Shown here one piece after another: positions 10,202 to 20,682 of a DNA stretch of 64,000 nt. Within the stretch, counting starts at the first letter, position 1; every line of letters starts with the position of its first letter. The position numbers and the translations under genes were made by a program. The stretch is from Paramoeba atlantica (lineage: Eukaryota > Protista > Discosea), in the NCBI GenBank assembly GCA_977017575.1, contig CDRNVI010000090.1, positions 1-64,000 on the forward strand. Reading direction: 5' to 3'. The notes beneath the pieces were generated by a model that saw only the letters and a list, made by a program, of their open reading frames with translations, ran no database searches and was not told the DNA's origin.

Positions 10202-10960
10202 ATGGAACAAACCTTTTCCTTGTTATGTGAAGTACAAGCTCAAAGTCAACAGTGCGAGCAAGATACGATGGCAACAGTGAAGAGCCTACAGCAACATAGC
10301 GCCCAACTCAAGGAAACGACTTGCAAGGTACATGACTATGTCTTGCAAATCGATGCGGGAAAAAAGGAAATTCATGATCTAGATACTTTGCTTGAGGAGA
10401 AAAAGTGGAAACTGGAAAAACGAAGAGGCTACTTCAATCATTTGGTAAGCGAAATAAGTACAATGCAGAAAGTTTGGGACCAACTCCTTCACCGAGTTTC
10501 TCGCGCACAGAGCGGCAGCAAAGCAAATCGTTGCACCCGATGGGATCAAGGGGGGCTAGGGAGTCTGATTTGTATAGGTAAACCCCGAATACTACCCACT
10601 GATGCGAAAAGTGCGTCATATGTGGATGAAATTTGCAGAATGTCAAATATACACCTACACACGAAATGTTTTAATCAATTCGCCGGGCTACAACAACCAA
10701 AGTGGGCTCCGCAGGATTCTACTGCAATAACGAAATCGAAGTGTCGCGTTATTGGAACTGCTGCAGAAGTACCAAAAACAAAATTCCGGAGGCTAAATGA
10801 GAGAAAGATAGAACAAGGCGCGGAGCTGAAGAAAGATTCTGAACCAAATACCTCTTTTACACAGCATGAAGAAAAAGGAAACCAAAATATACCTGTATCT
10901 ACGTCACCACAATTCTTTTCTGCGCGTAAGATTTTGCAAAAGCTGGAAGGAAAGTCCTGA
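10202..10960 (+). CDS. Hypothetical protein with N-terminal coiled coil
   Basis: 252-aa ATG ORF; heptad-like Q/E/K/L-rich first 100 aa. Confidence 0.6.
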   Translation: MEQTFSLLCEVQAQSQQCEQDTMATVKSLQQHSAQLKETTCKVHDYVLQIDAGKKEIHDLDTLLEEKKWKLEKRRGYFNHLVSEISTMQKVWDQLLHRVSRAQSGSKANRCTRWDQGGLGSLICIGKPRILPTDAKSASYVDEICRMSNIHLHTKCFNQFAGLQQPKWAPQDSTAITKSKCRVIGTAAEVPKTKFRRLNERKIEQGAELKKDSEPNTSFTQHEEKGNQNIPVSTSPQFFSARKILQKLEGKS

Positions 10961-11349
10961 GTTGTGACTCTTGATTAGTCGTACAAAGCTTAGAGGTGAT
11001 ATGCGTACATGATCTACATCCATGAGACTTACAGTATACTGTGTGAAGCACTTGCTAGATAAATTTTTAATTAATGGTACCTTCCCCAACCTTAACAAAC
11101 TTGCTAAACTTGCTGTTACGTTGGGGATGTTCTTTCTATAATGTTAACTTGCCTCATATTGGCACCTCCTATGTACACACAAATCATTGAACGAATTAGA
11201 CCACCGGTGAAATTACTATGCCCCCCTGCTTATGAGTTCTCCCAATTTTGGTGCGCTTATGAGTTCTTTTTCTAAGGCAAATAGTTACAAGGTAAAAAAC
11301 AAAGGACGAGCTGTAAGGTTAAGACCCAACAAGGTACAGAAATAGTATG

Positions 11350-12075
11350 CTACATTTTTGTATTTTTCATGGTATCTTTGTAGAACATGTGTCCCGTGTC
11401 ACGGGCCTTTGCCATCAAAAATAATGTCTCAAGTAGGATGGTTTCATCGATAGGAATCTCGCAAAGTGTCTTAAACAAGTTTTTAATCCTCCTTGAAGCT
11501 GCTGATGACGATTCAGTAACCAATCCGCCCAAGTATCTAGGGTGCTCTCTTCCATGCGCTCTATGAAATGAATAATCATTGTTTCGTGCAACTTGTGGCT
11601 TAACCACTTGCACAAACCCGTGTTCAGATTTTATGTTCGACGTGGCTTCCGGAGAAACAGTGCCTTTCTTGCAATAGCAGTACTTCATTCCGTGCGAAAC
11701 GAGGAGTCCAGTTTCATTGACATTCCAGACTCGACATTGCCGTATGTTAAGGTGTGGAAACGTGCTTTCTGCTCGAAGCTTACCACTTCTGTATCTCAAG
11801 ACGGAGGTAATGTCTTCTTTTCTTGAACAAGAGGACGCGTAAACCCATTTTTCTTTATCGGCCTTCGAGTCCAGCAATGTAGCGCATTTGCTTTGCTCAA
11901 CAAATTTGTCCCCGGTGATACTTCGCACGTAGGAAGCAACCTGCTTTATTGTAAATTGCACGGTTTCCTCCATCGAAGATTCCACCTGCGATTCCAGAGT
12001 TACGTGGCTTCGACAGCGCGAGAAGTGAGCGTGCTTTTCTTTCTGCCCATATCCCACGCCGAATATTTCTGCCAT
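11350..12075 (-). CDS. Hypothetical protein, lone minus-strand ORF
   Basis: 241-aa ATG-initiated ORF with no competing long + strand ORF; no motif recognised. Confidence 0.5.
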   Translation of the reverse strand: MAEIFGVGYGQKEKHAHFSRCRSHVTLESQVESSMEETVQFTIKQVASYVRSITGDKFVEQSKCATLLDSKADKEKWVYASSCSRKEDITSVLRYRSGKLRAESTFPHLNIRQCRVWNVNETGLLVSHGMKYCYCKKGTVSPEATSNIKSEHGFVQVVKPQVARNNDYSFHRAHGREHPRYLGGLVTESSSAASRRIKNLFKTLCEIPIDETILLETLFLMAKARDTGHMFYKDTMKNTKM

Positions 12076-12287
12076 ATTCTGCCGATTTGCCTCCGACGCG
12101 TTACCCCCCTCTATGAAGTGGAATAGCGCTGTTTCTTAAAAACTCGCGACACTATACATGTGTGCGCGACACTGCATGTGGGGGTGGCACCTTTAGAACT
12201 GTTTCTTTTTTCTCAATTTCATATTTTGTTTATCGTCTTTTTCCTCTATACATATCGTTCAAACTATTGTGAATATTTCCCGCTCAC

Positions 12288-13613
12288 ATGAGCAATCATG
12301 AAACTCAGAATATGAAAGAAGCTGATCAACCTATTGCGACTAGCATCGTCGAAAAAACAACAGAGCAGCCAAGTGATAATACGGAGAAAGACCCCATCCA
12401 AGATGAAAAACCTACACCCCTTCTGACTAATTTTTCTAATGGACTGCTGGCCAAACGACTGAAAACGTTTGGCGAAACTCATTTGAATAAAGAGGACGCC
12501 GTTGAAACCGACGCGCGTCGACTGCAGCAAAGGAGAAAGCAGATAGCTTTCGGAAAAGTTACGCATGGCTACGAAAACTACCGAAGGCTTGTACCCCCCA
12601 GTGATCGACAGTTCGGTAATCCTCTTCATCCGGTCACCCCGCCTCCCGACATGAAGATTAGCAAACGAAAATGGGACACGAGGGTCGCGGAATGGAGAAG
12701 AACTCTACACCTGTGGGACCCCGTATCCGACCCTACTCTCATGCAAAATAAAAATTTCTTGACCTTTAAAGAGTTGGGAAGTGCCACCTCCATCGATCCC
12801 GCGGAAAACGAATCTAATCTCCTCCACGAGATTCAACAAATGCGTGAACTCATTCAAGTCAACAACGTGGGATCCTCCCACGAGTCTCCTAGCGAAACCC
12901 TTTCCCCACTCTCCCCCACCCCTCCCCGCCCCGAAACCAAATCCCACCCCTCCCCCACCCCCACCCCACCCCCCATCGGGACCTGTCCCGACCCCGTGGA
13001 TGCCTTCACCCTCGAAGACGTCGGGTTCACCCCCCAACGTCGTCGAGCCTCCCTCTCCTCACGAACACACCCCTACGTCCCCCCTCCTCCTCCCCACCCC
13101 CCACCCTATCTCCGCCCTATCCCCTACCCCCCTCTCCTTACGACGACTACCACGACGACTCGCGCGGCCTCCCCCCTCCCCTACCCCCCCGGGACCCTCT
13201 TCCCTCTGCGTGCGACAACCCCCACAGCAAGGAGTACCCACCCGGACTATCCCCCTACCCCCTACCCCCACGAGTCGGTGTTCCCTCACGGCACCGTGCC
13301 CTACTACGGCAGTGCCCCGACCCCCTTCAGTGGCTTCCCCCTCCCGCCCTCGATGTCCCCCGAGATGGCCCTCTCCCGCCCCTGTGTGCTCACCCCGCAC
13401 TTCTTCCGCGGCCTCCCCTCGCGGTCCCCTGTGGGCGTGGAGGCCGCGGGGAGGGGGGGCTCGGGGTGTCGGGGGGGCTCGGGGGCCAACGGGGTGGGGT
13501 ACGGGGAGCGGGAGATGGGGACCCCTGGAGGGGGGGTGGGGATAGGGGGGAGGGAGGGACGATCACCGTCCATGGCTCCGGCGTATTTGGATTGGTCGTT
13601 TTCGAGTTTGTAA
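12288..13613 (+). CDS. SLBP: Histone RNA stem-loop binding protein (SLBP) domain protein
   Basis: RRLQQRRKQIAFGKVTHGYENY...HPVTP...SKRKWD.RV..WRRTLHLWD is the SLBP RNA-binding domain signature. Confidence 0.88.
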   Translation: MSNHETQNMKEADQPIATSIVEKTTEQPSDNTEKDPIQDEKPTPLLTNFSNGLLAKRLKTFGETHLNKEDAVETDARRLQQRRKQIAFGKVTHGYENYRRLVPPSDRQFGNPLHPVTPPPDMKISKRKWDTRVAEWRRTLHLWDPVSDPTLMQNKNFLTFKELGSATSIDPAENESNLLHEIQQMRELIQVNNVGSSHESPSETLSPLSPTPPRPETKSHPSPTPTPPPIGTCPDPVDAFTLEDVGFTPQRRRASLSSRTHPYVPPPPPHPPPYLRPIPYPPLLTTTTTTTRAASPLPYPPGTLFPLRATTPTARSTHPDYPPTPYPHESVFPHGTVPYYGSAPTPFSGFPLPPSMSPEMALSRPCVLTPHFFRGLPSRSPVGVEAAGRGGSGCRGGSGANGVGYGEREMGTPGGGVGIGGREGRSPSMAPAYLDWSFSSL

Positions 13614-14010
13614 AGGGGGGAGAGGGGGAGGGGTTGGGGTGAGACACCGGTTGAGGGGTTAGTAACCTTTTTGACGGGATGTGTGGATGTGAGGTTTTTT
13701 GTCGAGTACGGTGAGCGACCGTAGTGTAGCGATCCGTCGGCGAATGTAATTGATCTATTTCGTATGTAGAAGTTCAATTCACACATGCCCTGGATTTCGT
13801 TATGCTGGATGTAGCAGTTTGTTGGTCTCTTTTTTCATTGTTTTTGCTGTACAAAATTGTAGTTGCTTTGTTGTACTGCGATACATTTTTAGAAATTTTT
13901 CTCACCGATTTATTGTACTTTGGAGATTCGATAATAGTTACTCAGTTATCAGCAAATCTAACAGGTCACTAACATTAGTTTTTAGACGACTCGGTTTTCG
14001 TTCTACCGTA

Positions 14011-15363
14011 ATGAAAAAACAAATTTCCAGCTTGACATGGTACTGCATTGGGCACAGGCTCGTTGCACGGCATCAACGGCGCCATCTAAACACTCGTTTC
14101 GACACTGCACAACGAGTTTCGGTTCCACTGACCGACATAGGGGAAGGCATTGCGGATGTCGAGATCTTAAAGTGGTATGTAAAGCCTAATGAATACGTGA
14201 AGGAATTTGATCCCCTTTGTGAGGTCCGAAGTGACAAGGCCACTGTTGAGATAACGGCTAAATATTCAGGTCGTGTCGAGCAAATACATGCCTTCCCCGG
14301 GTCCCGGCATAAAGTTGGTAGCCCATTAGTCGATATGACCGTAAGTGATCAGCCAGAGGAGGTTGTTCTAGAGAACAGCAACCAGAGCCTTTCAACAAAG
14401 TGCTTGACAGCAGAAAAGAACCAGCATGATACCACTTATCAAAAAGTGCTTTCGACTCCCGCCGCAAGACGCAGGTGTCAAGAGCTAGGCGTGAAACTTG
14501 ATACTCCGAATTATTCAACGAAGGGGTACGTTACCATGAAAGATGTCGATGCTACCGTATCTGAGATAAAAAGGGAAACCGATTTCTCGACTAGTTTGAC
14601 ATGTGATGAACAGAATTCGATTAAAGAGAATAGAAGGGGGAAAAGAGTTGTACCCATGACTGTGCTACAGCGTTCCATGTTAACAGCTATGAATGCAAGT
14701 CTTAAGGTTCCGTCTTTCGGCATTACGGATGAAATTGAAATGAATCCTTATATACGATTTAGGAAGGACATTAAAGGCGCCGCACGCATTTTTGAAAGCT
14801 CTTCGAGTATTCTTCCTGAGATTGTGAGGCGTTATACTTTAATGAGTTTCTTAGTCAAAGCTATCTCGTTAGCCATAAAAGACCACGCCATAATAAACAG
14901 TCGCCTTCTAAAGAATTCTTGCATTGAGCTTCAACCGAATCACAATATTGGTATCGCGATCGATGGACCCACAGGCTTAGTTGTACCAAACATAAAGAAC
15001 GTCGAAAGCAAATCGTTGGATACCATATCACAGGAGGTATCTCGGCTAGTGACACTTGCAAAAGAGGAAAGGCTTCGCAGGGAGGATATGGATGACACCA
15101 CCCTGACGCTCTCCAATATTGGAACCATTGGAACAACAATGGCGTTTCCCCGACTTCCGTCCTCCGAAGTCTGTATGGCAAGCTTTAGTCGTATCCAGTG
15201 TCTTCCGAGATATAACTCAAAAGGCCGCATCGCGAGGACGCACGTCTTGAATGCAACATTTGTGGGAGATCATCGTGTTTTGGATGGTGCATGTCTTACG
15301 CGATTTTGTAATTCATTCAAAGCATACGTGGAAAATCCTTTATGTATGCTATTGACTGTGTAA
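14011..15363 (+). CDS. DBT: Branched-chain alpha-keto acid dehydrogenase E2 (dihydrolipoamide acyltransferase)
   Basis: Lipoyl domain LTDIGEGIA...EVRSDKATVEIT; PSBD VLSTPAARR; catalytic DHRVLDGA. Confidence 0.9.
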   Translation: MKKQISSLTWYCIGHRLVARHQRRHLNTRFDTAQRVSVPLTDIGEGIADVEILKWYVKPNEYVKEFDPLCEVRSDKATVEITAKYSGRVEQIHAFPGSRHKVGSPLVDMTVSDQPEEVVLENSNQSLSTKCLTAEKNQHDTTYQKVLSTPAARRRCQELGVKLDTPNYSTKGYVTMKDVDATVSEIKRETDFSTSLTCDEQNSIKENRRGKRVVPMTVLQRSMLTAMNASLKVPSFGITDEIEMNPYIRFRKDIKGAARIFESSSSILPEIVRRYTLMSFLVKAISLAIKDHAIINSRLLKNSCIELQPNHNIGIAIDGPTGLVVPNIKNVESKSLDTISQEVSRLVTLAKEERLRREDMDDTTLTLSNIGTIGTTMAFPRLPSSEVCMASFSRIQCLPRYNSKGRIARTHVLNATFVGDHRVLDGACLTRFCNSFKAYVENPLCMLLTV

Positions 15364-15692
15364 TGTGAAACAATACATGTCCATGTGAAACAGGTGGCGT
15401 TCGTGTACTGATGCAAATTTTGGAGTAATTAAAACAAAAAAGAAATAGTTTCTACATCCTTGCTCAACAGAATATTTACACGTAATAGGTTCTTTACCAA
15501 CATTTTTACATGGTCGAGAGAAACGCCCAACGCGCTGCAAACAATCTGTCACTCCACCTTGTGAGTTGCTGCAAGAAGACTTGAAATGGGGATTCCCGGA
15601 TTGAATGCGTATTTGTACCGGACGTACCAACACTGTACTCTTCCATTCGGTCCGGAAAGTACTCGCACGGGGTTCGACCACTCCACTTTGAT

Positions 15693-17615
15693 ATGAACGC
15701 GGTGGTCCATGTAATGCTCAATGAGATATCTATAGATGCAAAGTGTTCTCTAAAGGACAATATATTTATAGATAGAGATGAGAACTCATCGTCGCATGGA
15801 GACGCACAACTGATGATGACGTTGCTCAACAAAACATGGGATTACATCCGACAAATCTTATTGAAGTACCCTCCGAGATGTAGCGTGTTGCTCGCCTTTG
15901 ATGGGCCAGGTGCTATGGCCAAAATTACAAGTCAGAGAATGCGTCGCTTGAAGCAGTCAATCGTCAAACAAACCATTAGTCCCGGAAGCCCATGGATGAA
16001 CTGGATTGCCAAAAGGCTCGGTAAACATGTCAGTATATTCTTGCACGAGAGGACGGCGTCACACAGAAAAACAAGAAAACGGCGTAGAGAAACTACTGAA
16101 AATAGCGTGTGCACAGTAGTCAGTGATTTTAACTCTCCGGGGGAGGGTGAACACAAAATTATCCAAAGACTATTCGAGTGCTCCGTGTCTAAAATTCTCG
16201 GAGGATCAAACGCAAAGCATTTAATCGTGGGCTCAGATAGCGATCTTTTTATCATATGCGCAGCAAGCATATCACTGCATAATCTCACATTATTGAACAC
16301 ATCGTCAAAGCTCTTACTTTGCGTCGGATCCGTTTTTCGGGCGTGGCTAGCGAAAGCTATGGAAGGAATTAATAAAAATGTTCCCACAGTTCCGGAAACC
16401 AAACTATTACGCATTCTTCGCCTTGACTTCGTATTCCTGATGTCTATGTGTGCGAATGATATTCTCTGTGGTGTACTTGATCAAACAATACTTCCAATGT
16501 GGACTTTTTACCTCGAGTACGTAAATCGTTGTCTGAGTGATTCCGTCAGTTCTCTGACCGCGATCAATGAAACAGAGTCGCTGTTTATAACCTCCAAAAT
16601 CGATTCGGGTCAACCTCCTACATGGGTATGGTTTTCACCACGACGAATATGGGGAGTAAAATTACATTCTATACTAGATTTCTTTTCATCGTGGCTTCTT
16701 CAGACTGGCAAAGAGCACAGTTTGCTTCTAAAAGACGAAAGAAAGAGCAGGAAAAAGTATGCCTATGCGTTAGACAAGTCGATCTCGATTTCCCATGAAG
16801 CATTCATAAAAACCATGGAGAAAAAATCATCGACCGTCTCATTAGAAAGCGTTGAAGTATATCTGAATGGAGTGGCGTGGTATTTTTCCACTGTATTAAA
16901 CGGGTATTCCCCCTCGTTTGAATTCCTTCCCGCATTGTACACTCCTAGCGTGGAAGATATCTTATTATTTGGGGTACGGAAAAAGCGAACTATGACTTCA
17001 AACAACTGCACAAATGCAATGGTCGTATACTCACCTGTTTCAGAGGAACCCCCTCTCGATCCTCTGGTGCACTATTGTCTTGTTGTACGCAGTCACGCAA
17101 TTTTACCACTTGAAGTTATGGAAGTTGTTGACGATTTAAGTCATTCGTCTGTATCTGACTTCTGCCAAACAAAACAATCTTTGCATCAGGCATGTACTAC
17201 GCTTTCTGGGTCCATTTCAACATTTCCTTTGCTACATGCAGCACGACAACTTGGAAATATTCTTCACCAGCGATACAATGCGCCAGAGAATACAGAAAAT
17301 CGAAGGTATCCTTCCAAAAAGAAAAACTCCGTTTTGGAAGTTATTCGTCGAAATATTGGAACTTCCTTGGAGTTCTCTACTTGGAAGCAATTTGAACAAG
17401 GCAAAAATACCCAAAGGCGGAGTCTTGGTATCGAAACCCTATGGACATCAGGCTCTTCTTCGTTTGATTCTGTACTGAACATTATGCCTTCTTGCACTTT
17501 CCGGGAGGACTCAAATCTTCTTACCATATGTGCAAACTCACGAGCCGGTGCGCCTTCATCTATACCTGAAAAAGAATTAAAATCAAATTCCATTCTTACT
17601 AACTTTGAAATATAA
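15693..17615 (+). CDS. XRN-family 5'-3' exoribonuclease (divergent)
   Basis: ISIDAK, AFDGPGAMAK..QR.RR, SPGEGEHKI, GSDSDL and DFVFL...ND are the XRN_N acidic motifs. Confidence 0.85.
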   Translation: MNAVVHVMLNEISIDAKCSLKDNIFIDRDENSSSHGDAQLMMTLLNKTWDYIRQILLKYPPRCSVLLAFDGPGAMAKITSQRMRRLKQSIVKQTISPGSPWMNWIAKRLGKHVSIFLHERTASHRKTRKRRRETTENSVCTVVSDFNSPGEGEHKIIQRLFECSVSKILGGSNAKHLIVGSDSDLFIICAASISLHNLTLLNTSSKLLLCVGSVFRAWLAKAMEGINKNVPTVPETKLLRILRLDFVFLMSMCANDILCGVLDQTILPMWTFYLEYVNRCLSDSVSSLTAINETESLFITSKIDSGQPPTWVWFSPRRIWGVKLHSILDFFSSWLLQTGKEHSLLLKDERKSRKKYAYALDKSISISHEAFIKTMEKKSSTVSLESVEVYLNGVAWYFSTVLNGYSPSFEFLPALYTPSVEDILLFGVRKKRTMTSNNCTNAMVVYSPVSEEPPLDPLVHYCLVVRSHAILPLEVMEVVDDLSHSSVSDFCQTKQSLHQACTTLSGSISTFPLLHAARQLGNILHQRYNAPENTENRRYPSKKKNSVLEVIRRNIGTSLEFSTWKQFEQGKNTQRRSLGIETLWTSGSSSFDSVLNIMPSCTFREDSNLLTICANSRAGAPSSIPEKELKSNSILTNFEI

Positions 17616-17864
17616 GTTTTTTTTGATCAAACAAAACAATGTTAAAAGGATATTTCTATTTCCCGTCTTGTTCACTTCAGATCCTTATTCTGGATTTCTT
17701 ATTTGGATCCTAATCCTTATTATAATAAAAAATTTAGATCAGCGATGTAGTGCAAAGTATTACCTTCCCCCTATTTAGTGTTTAGTAGAATTGGACAGCC
17801 ATTCTGTCTAAGCATTGACATTTTTGATTCGACAAACAGTTACAATGCTTCCTCCCCACAAATA

Positions 17865-18245
17865 ATGTATGGCGGCAGTTGGCTTCGTTGCTACGAATTT
17901 CCCGGTCCGTATCCTTTTGTAAGAACTAAAGAAGAAAGACTAGACGAAACATTATCGATTTCGAAAGGTCTGAAAGAATTCGTCAAGTGTACTTTCAGAA
18001 GCACAAACATACATTACATCGGATTTGCAGATCCTACGCCTGCTGACTGTCATGAAGCGTTCATTACTCTTCTAAAGGCCGCCGTTCTAGGAGATGCGAA
18101 GTCGGCAGAAAAAATATTTCGACGTAGGAGGTGTGAGGTTAATACAGGTGAAGCGCCATGGAAGTACAAGACCAAATATCTAGATTTACTCGAAGCTGAA
18201 TCCAGAAGTACAGGGCACCATAGGGAAGAAACGGGTGACGCGTGA
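17865..18245 (+). CDS. Hypothetical protein
   Basis: 126-aa ORF from the first ATG, in cluster orientation. Confidence 0.45.
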   Translation: MYGGSWLRCYEFPGPYPFVRTKEERLDETLSISKGLKEFVKCTFRSTNIHYIGFADPTPADCHEAFITLLKAAVLGDAKSAEKIFRRRRCEVNTGEAPWKYKTKYLDLLEAESRSTGHHREETGDA

Positions 18246-18504
18246 CCCAGTAGGGGGAAGAGCTTGGTCCAATAAAATGCGAAAATATACGGAACACGGC
18301 GATTTGGTTTTGTGTTTGTCAACGATTTCGCAAAGGGGGCATTACGAAGTGGCTTTCATGATTTCCTTTGTCTCCAAGATTTTAGATCTCCACATCGAAT
18401 TATAAAAAGGTGCGCTTCTTTTTGAGATAAATTAGAAAAATATTGTCTGCGATTCCATAAATATCCATAAAAAATATCCATGAACTTCTTGTCCTTACGA
18501 ATAT

Positions 18505-20022
18505 ATGAATCCCGCTTTGTTCGCTGCTTACAGGCTTGGGTGGATCTCTTTGGATGCGTCCATACTTAAGAAATATGGTCACATACTTCCACATGGACGA
18601 GTCGCTCCTTACGGAGTTGTAGAGACGCTGGATACGGCTTGCTCTGGGTTTTCGCGTCCGAGCAAGGTAACACAAGGAACAAACAAAAAAGAAGAAATAT
18701 GCGATCCTTCGTCCCAATTTTCTGATGGTGAACTACTTTCGGATTTGACAATTTCCACTGCTAGTGGGGGTGTATTTGATGAACGTGTAAAATCTGAGTT
18801 AACACAGCGGATATACGCAGTGAACAATGGAACTTATACCTCTGACTTTGGAGTAAGCATTTGTCCTACTCGTCTTCCCCACGCTCCATCTGGCAAATAC
18901 TCCAACCCGCGAATTACCATTGCAATTTGTTGTCCACCTTTTAAAAAATACAAAGAAGGACCAATCTGCCATGGCGACGTTAAACTCCCATGGATCAATT
19001 CGTGCCGGTCTGTAAGACGTGCCACGTCCATAACGCCTATGATACCCAATTATTGCTCTTGGTCCAATGAACTCTGCAATCAAAACCCATTTCAAAATGT
19101 TCTAGCGGCCTCGTTTACAATTGATCTGCAGGGAGGAGTACACGACTTTGAACTTAAAGTAGCCAAGACACGTAATTTCATTGTTCTCAAACCGTCAGAA
19201 TGGGTAGCACTCACTTCTAATGATGAGGAAGTAGCCCAGACGCCCCTGTGGGCTGGTGATGCAGATAGACGAGCGCTTCGTTTAATTCAATCCATGGGCG
19301 AACGAGCAAAGATATTTTCCAACGAAGTGGTGAGTTCACAACTAACTAAAAATCTACAGTTCAGGAAGATACAAGCGATTCCGTTCTTGTTAGCTGCTTT
19401 TAATCATCAATTATACACCTGGTTCTGTGCGAAGAAGATATCAACGCTTCTACGACACACCAACGGGACATATCCTTCACTTCATTCCACGTTTCTTAAG
19501 GCCGTAGATCAGAAGCTTCAACAACAAAAAGGGATTTGTACAACTTTGTATTCCCCCAAAGGCCACTCTCTATCCGTCACAGAGCCTTCACACACTCTCT
19601 CGGACGCTATTACGTTGTATCAAGCCTGTAGTTATTTGTGTGGGATGCCAACAATAAACATGAAATCACTTACGCCTCTTAGTGCCAGGGTTACGCAGTT
19701 GTCGGCCATTGCGGATCACATTGAGGCACTCGATCAGATCGAAACGTTTCGAAAATCTATGTTAAGTGAGAAAAATAAATTTTCTGTACCCGGGGTATTG
19801 TGCGGCATACATGGAAATCAAACATGCGATGTTTATATCCCCAAATTAGGGATCTGTACAACGATGAAACTATCATCCAATGACTCATTGATCGAGTTTA
19901 CCTATCCTGAGTATGTGACCGTCATCATTAGCCATACGGACTCTGAATTGCACATTCATTGCACCCGATCTCAGCCATCTAAAGTCGATGATTTGTGGAA
20001 ATATATTCATGCGGATCACTGA
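18505..20022 (+). CDS. Degenerate RNase II/RNB-domain-like protein
   Basis: PMIPNYCSWSNELC, LAASFTID..GGVHDFE..AKTRN, FLLAAFN...LLRH and SVTEPSHTLSD occur in RNB motif order; the catalytic DxxxxxDxDD is absent. Confidence 0.55.
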   Translation: MNPALFAAYRLGWISLDASILKKYGHILPHGRVAPYGVVETLDTACSGFSRPSKVTQGTNKKEEICDPSSQFSDGELLSDLTISTASGGVFDERVKSELTQRIYAVNNGTYTSDFGVSICPTRLPHAPSGKYSNPRITIAICCPPFKKYKEGPICHGDVKLPWINSCRSVRRATSITPMIPNYCSWSNELCNQNPFQNVLAASFTIDLQGGVHDFELKVAKTRNFIVLKPSEWVALTSNDEEVAQTPLWAGDADRRALRLIQSMGERAKIFSNEVVSSQLTKNLQFRKIQAIPFLLAAFNHQLYTWFCAKKISTLLRHTNGTYPSLHSTFLKAVDQKLQQQKGICTTLYSPKGHSLSVTEPSHTLSDAITLYQACSYLCGMPTINMKSLTPLSARVTQLSAIADHIEALDQIETFRKSMLSEKNKFSVPGVLCGIHGNQTCDVYIPKLGICTTMKLSSNDSLIEFTYPEYVTVIISHTDSELHIHCTRSQPSKVDDLWKYIHADH

Positions 20023-20682
20023 ACTTGTGCTGGAACCATATTTGCATTCTCTATGAAGTCGTGTACCTCTGAGGTGTCCTCTTCATCCGAAAACTCGCTC
20101 CCAGGAGCGATTGCCGTGGGAATACTGCTTTGTGATTCGAAGGTGCCATTATCTAAAGCAACATAGTCTGCAAATGCATTTATAGGCGGCTGCAAATGAT
20201 TTTGCTAGATCGCTTTCTGTCGTCATATTCCTCCACTGTGTAATTAATTCCTTGTCACTTCGTTCAAACCTTCATATGCGGTCTCATATTCACTGATATC
20301 GGCCACTATGCTAAGGCTATTGGCAAGAGCTTAGATTCTCTGATGAGGAATTAGTCACATAAAGGTCAGACAAATTTCATATTACGTAATGATAAGTAGT
20401 GATATAGGGACATGTCGTGGAGAAGGAGTCTAGAAGTTAGTTTTAGTATAAACTTTTATACTATTATAGTAGTCCAGGGTATGGAACTCGATAGTTAGGC
20501 GAGAAATCTCTAGTTTACAGTTAGAAATGTTAGTCTGCAGTTTATAAAATATCCGTGTCTCTCTCCTCCCGGAGCGGTGTTCCCTGTGTTCCCAGAACAG
20601 AACCAGAGGTAGGTTCCCGGAGCTACAACGTATGACTATAGTACATTATGCATTTTATTACCATAGTACATTAGTATACTAT

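Noticed and set aside
13750-14010. N-terminal extensions from TTG/GTG starts in the ORF track (also 5724, 10142, 22183, 24562, 45460) and upstream in-frame extensions at 26996, 50248, 55097
   Set aside because: Eukaryotic context; the extensions translate pyrimidine-rich or AT-rich intergenic sequence, so downstream ATGs are more plausible.
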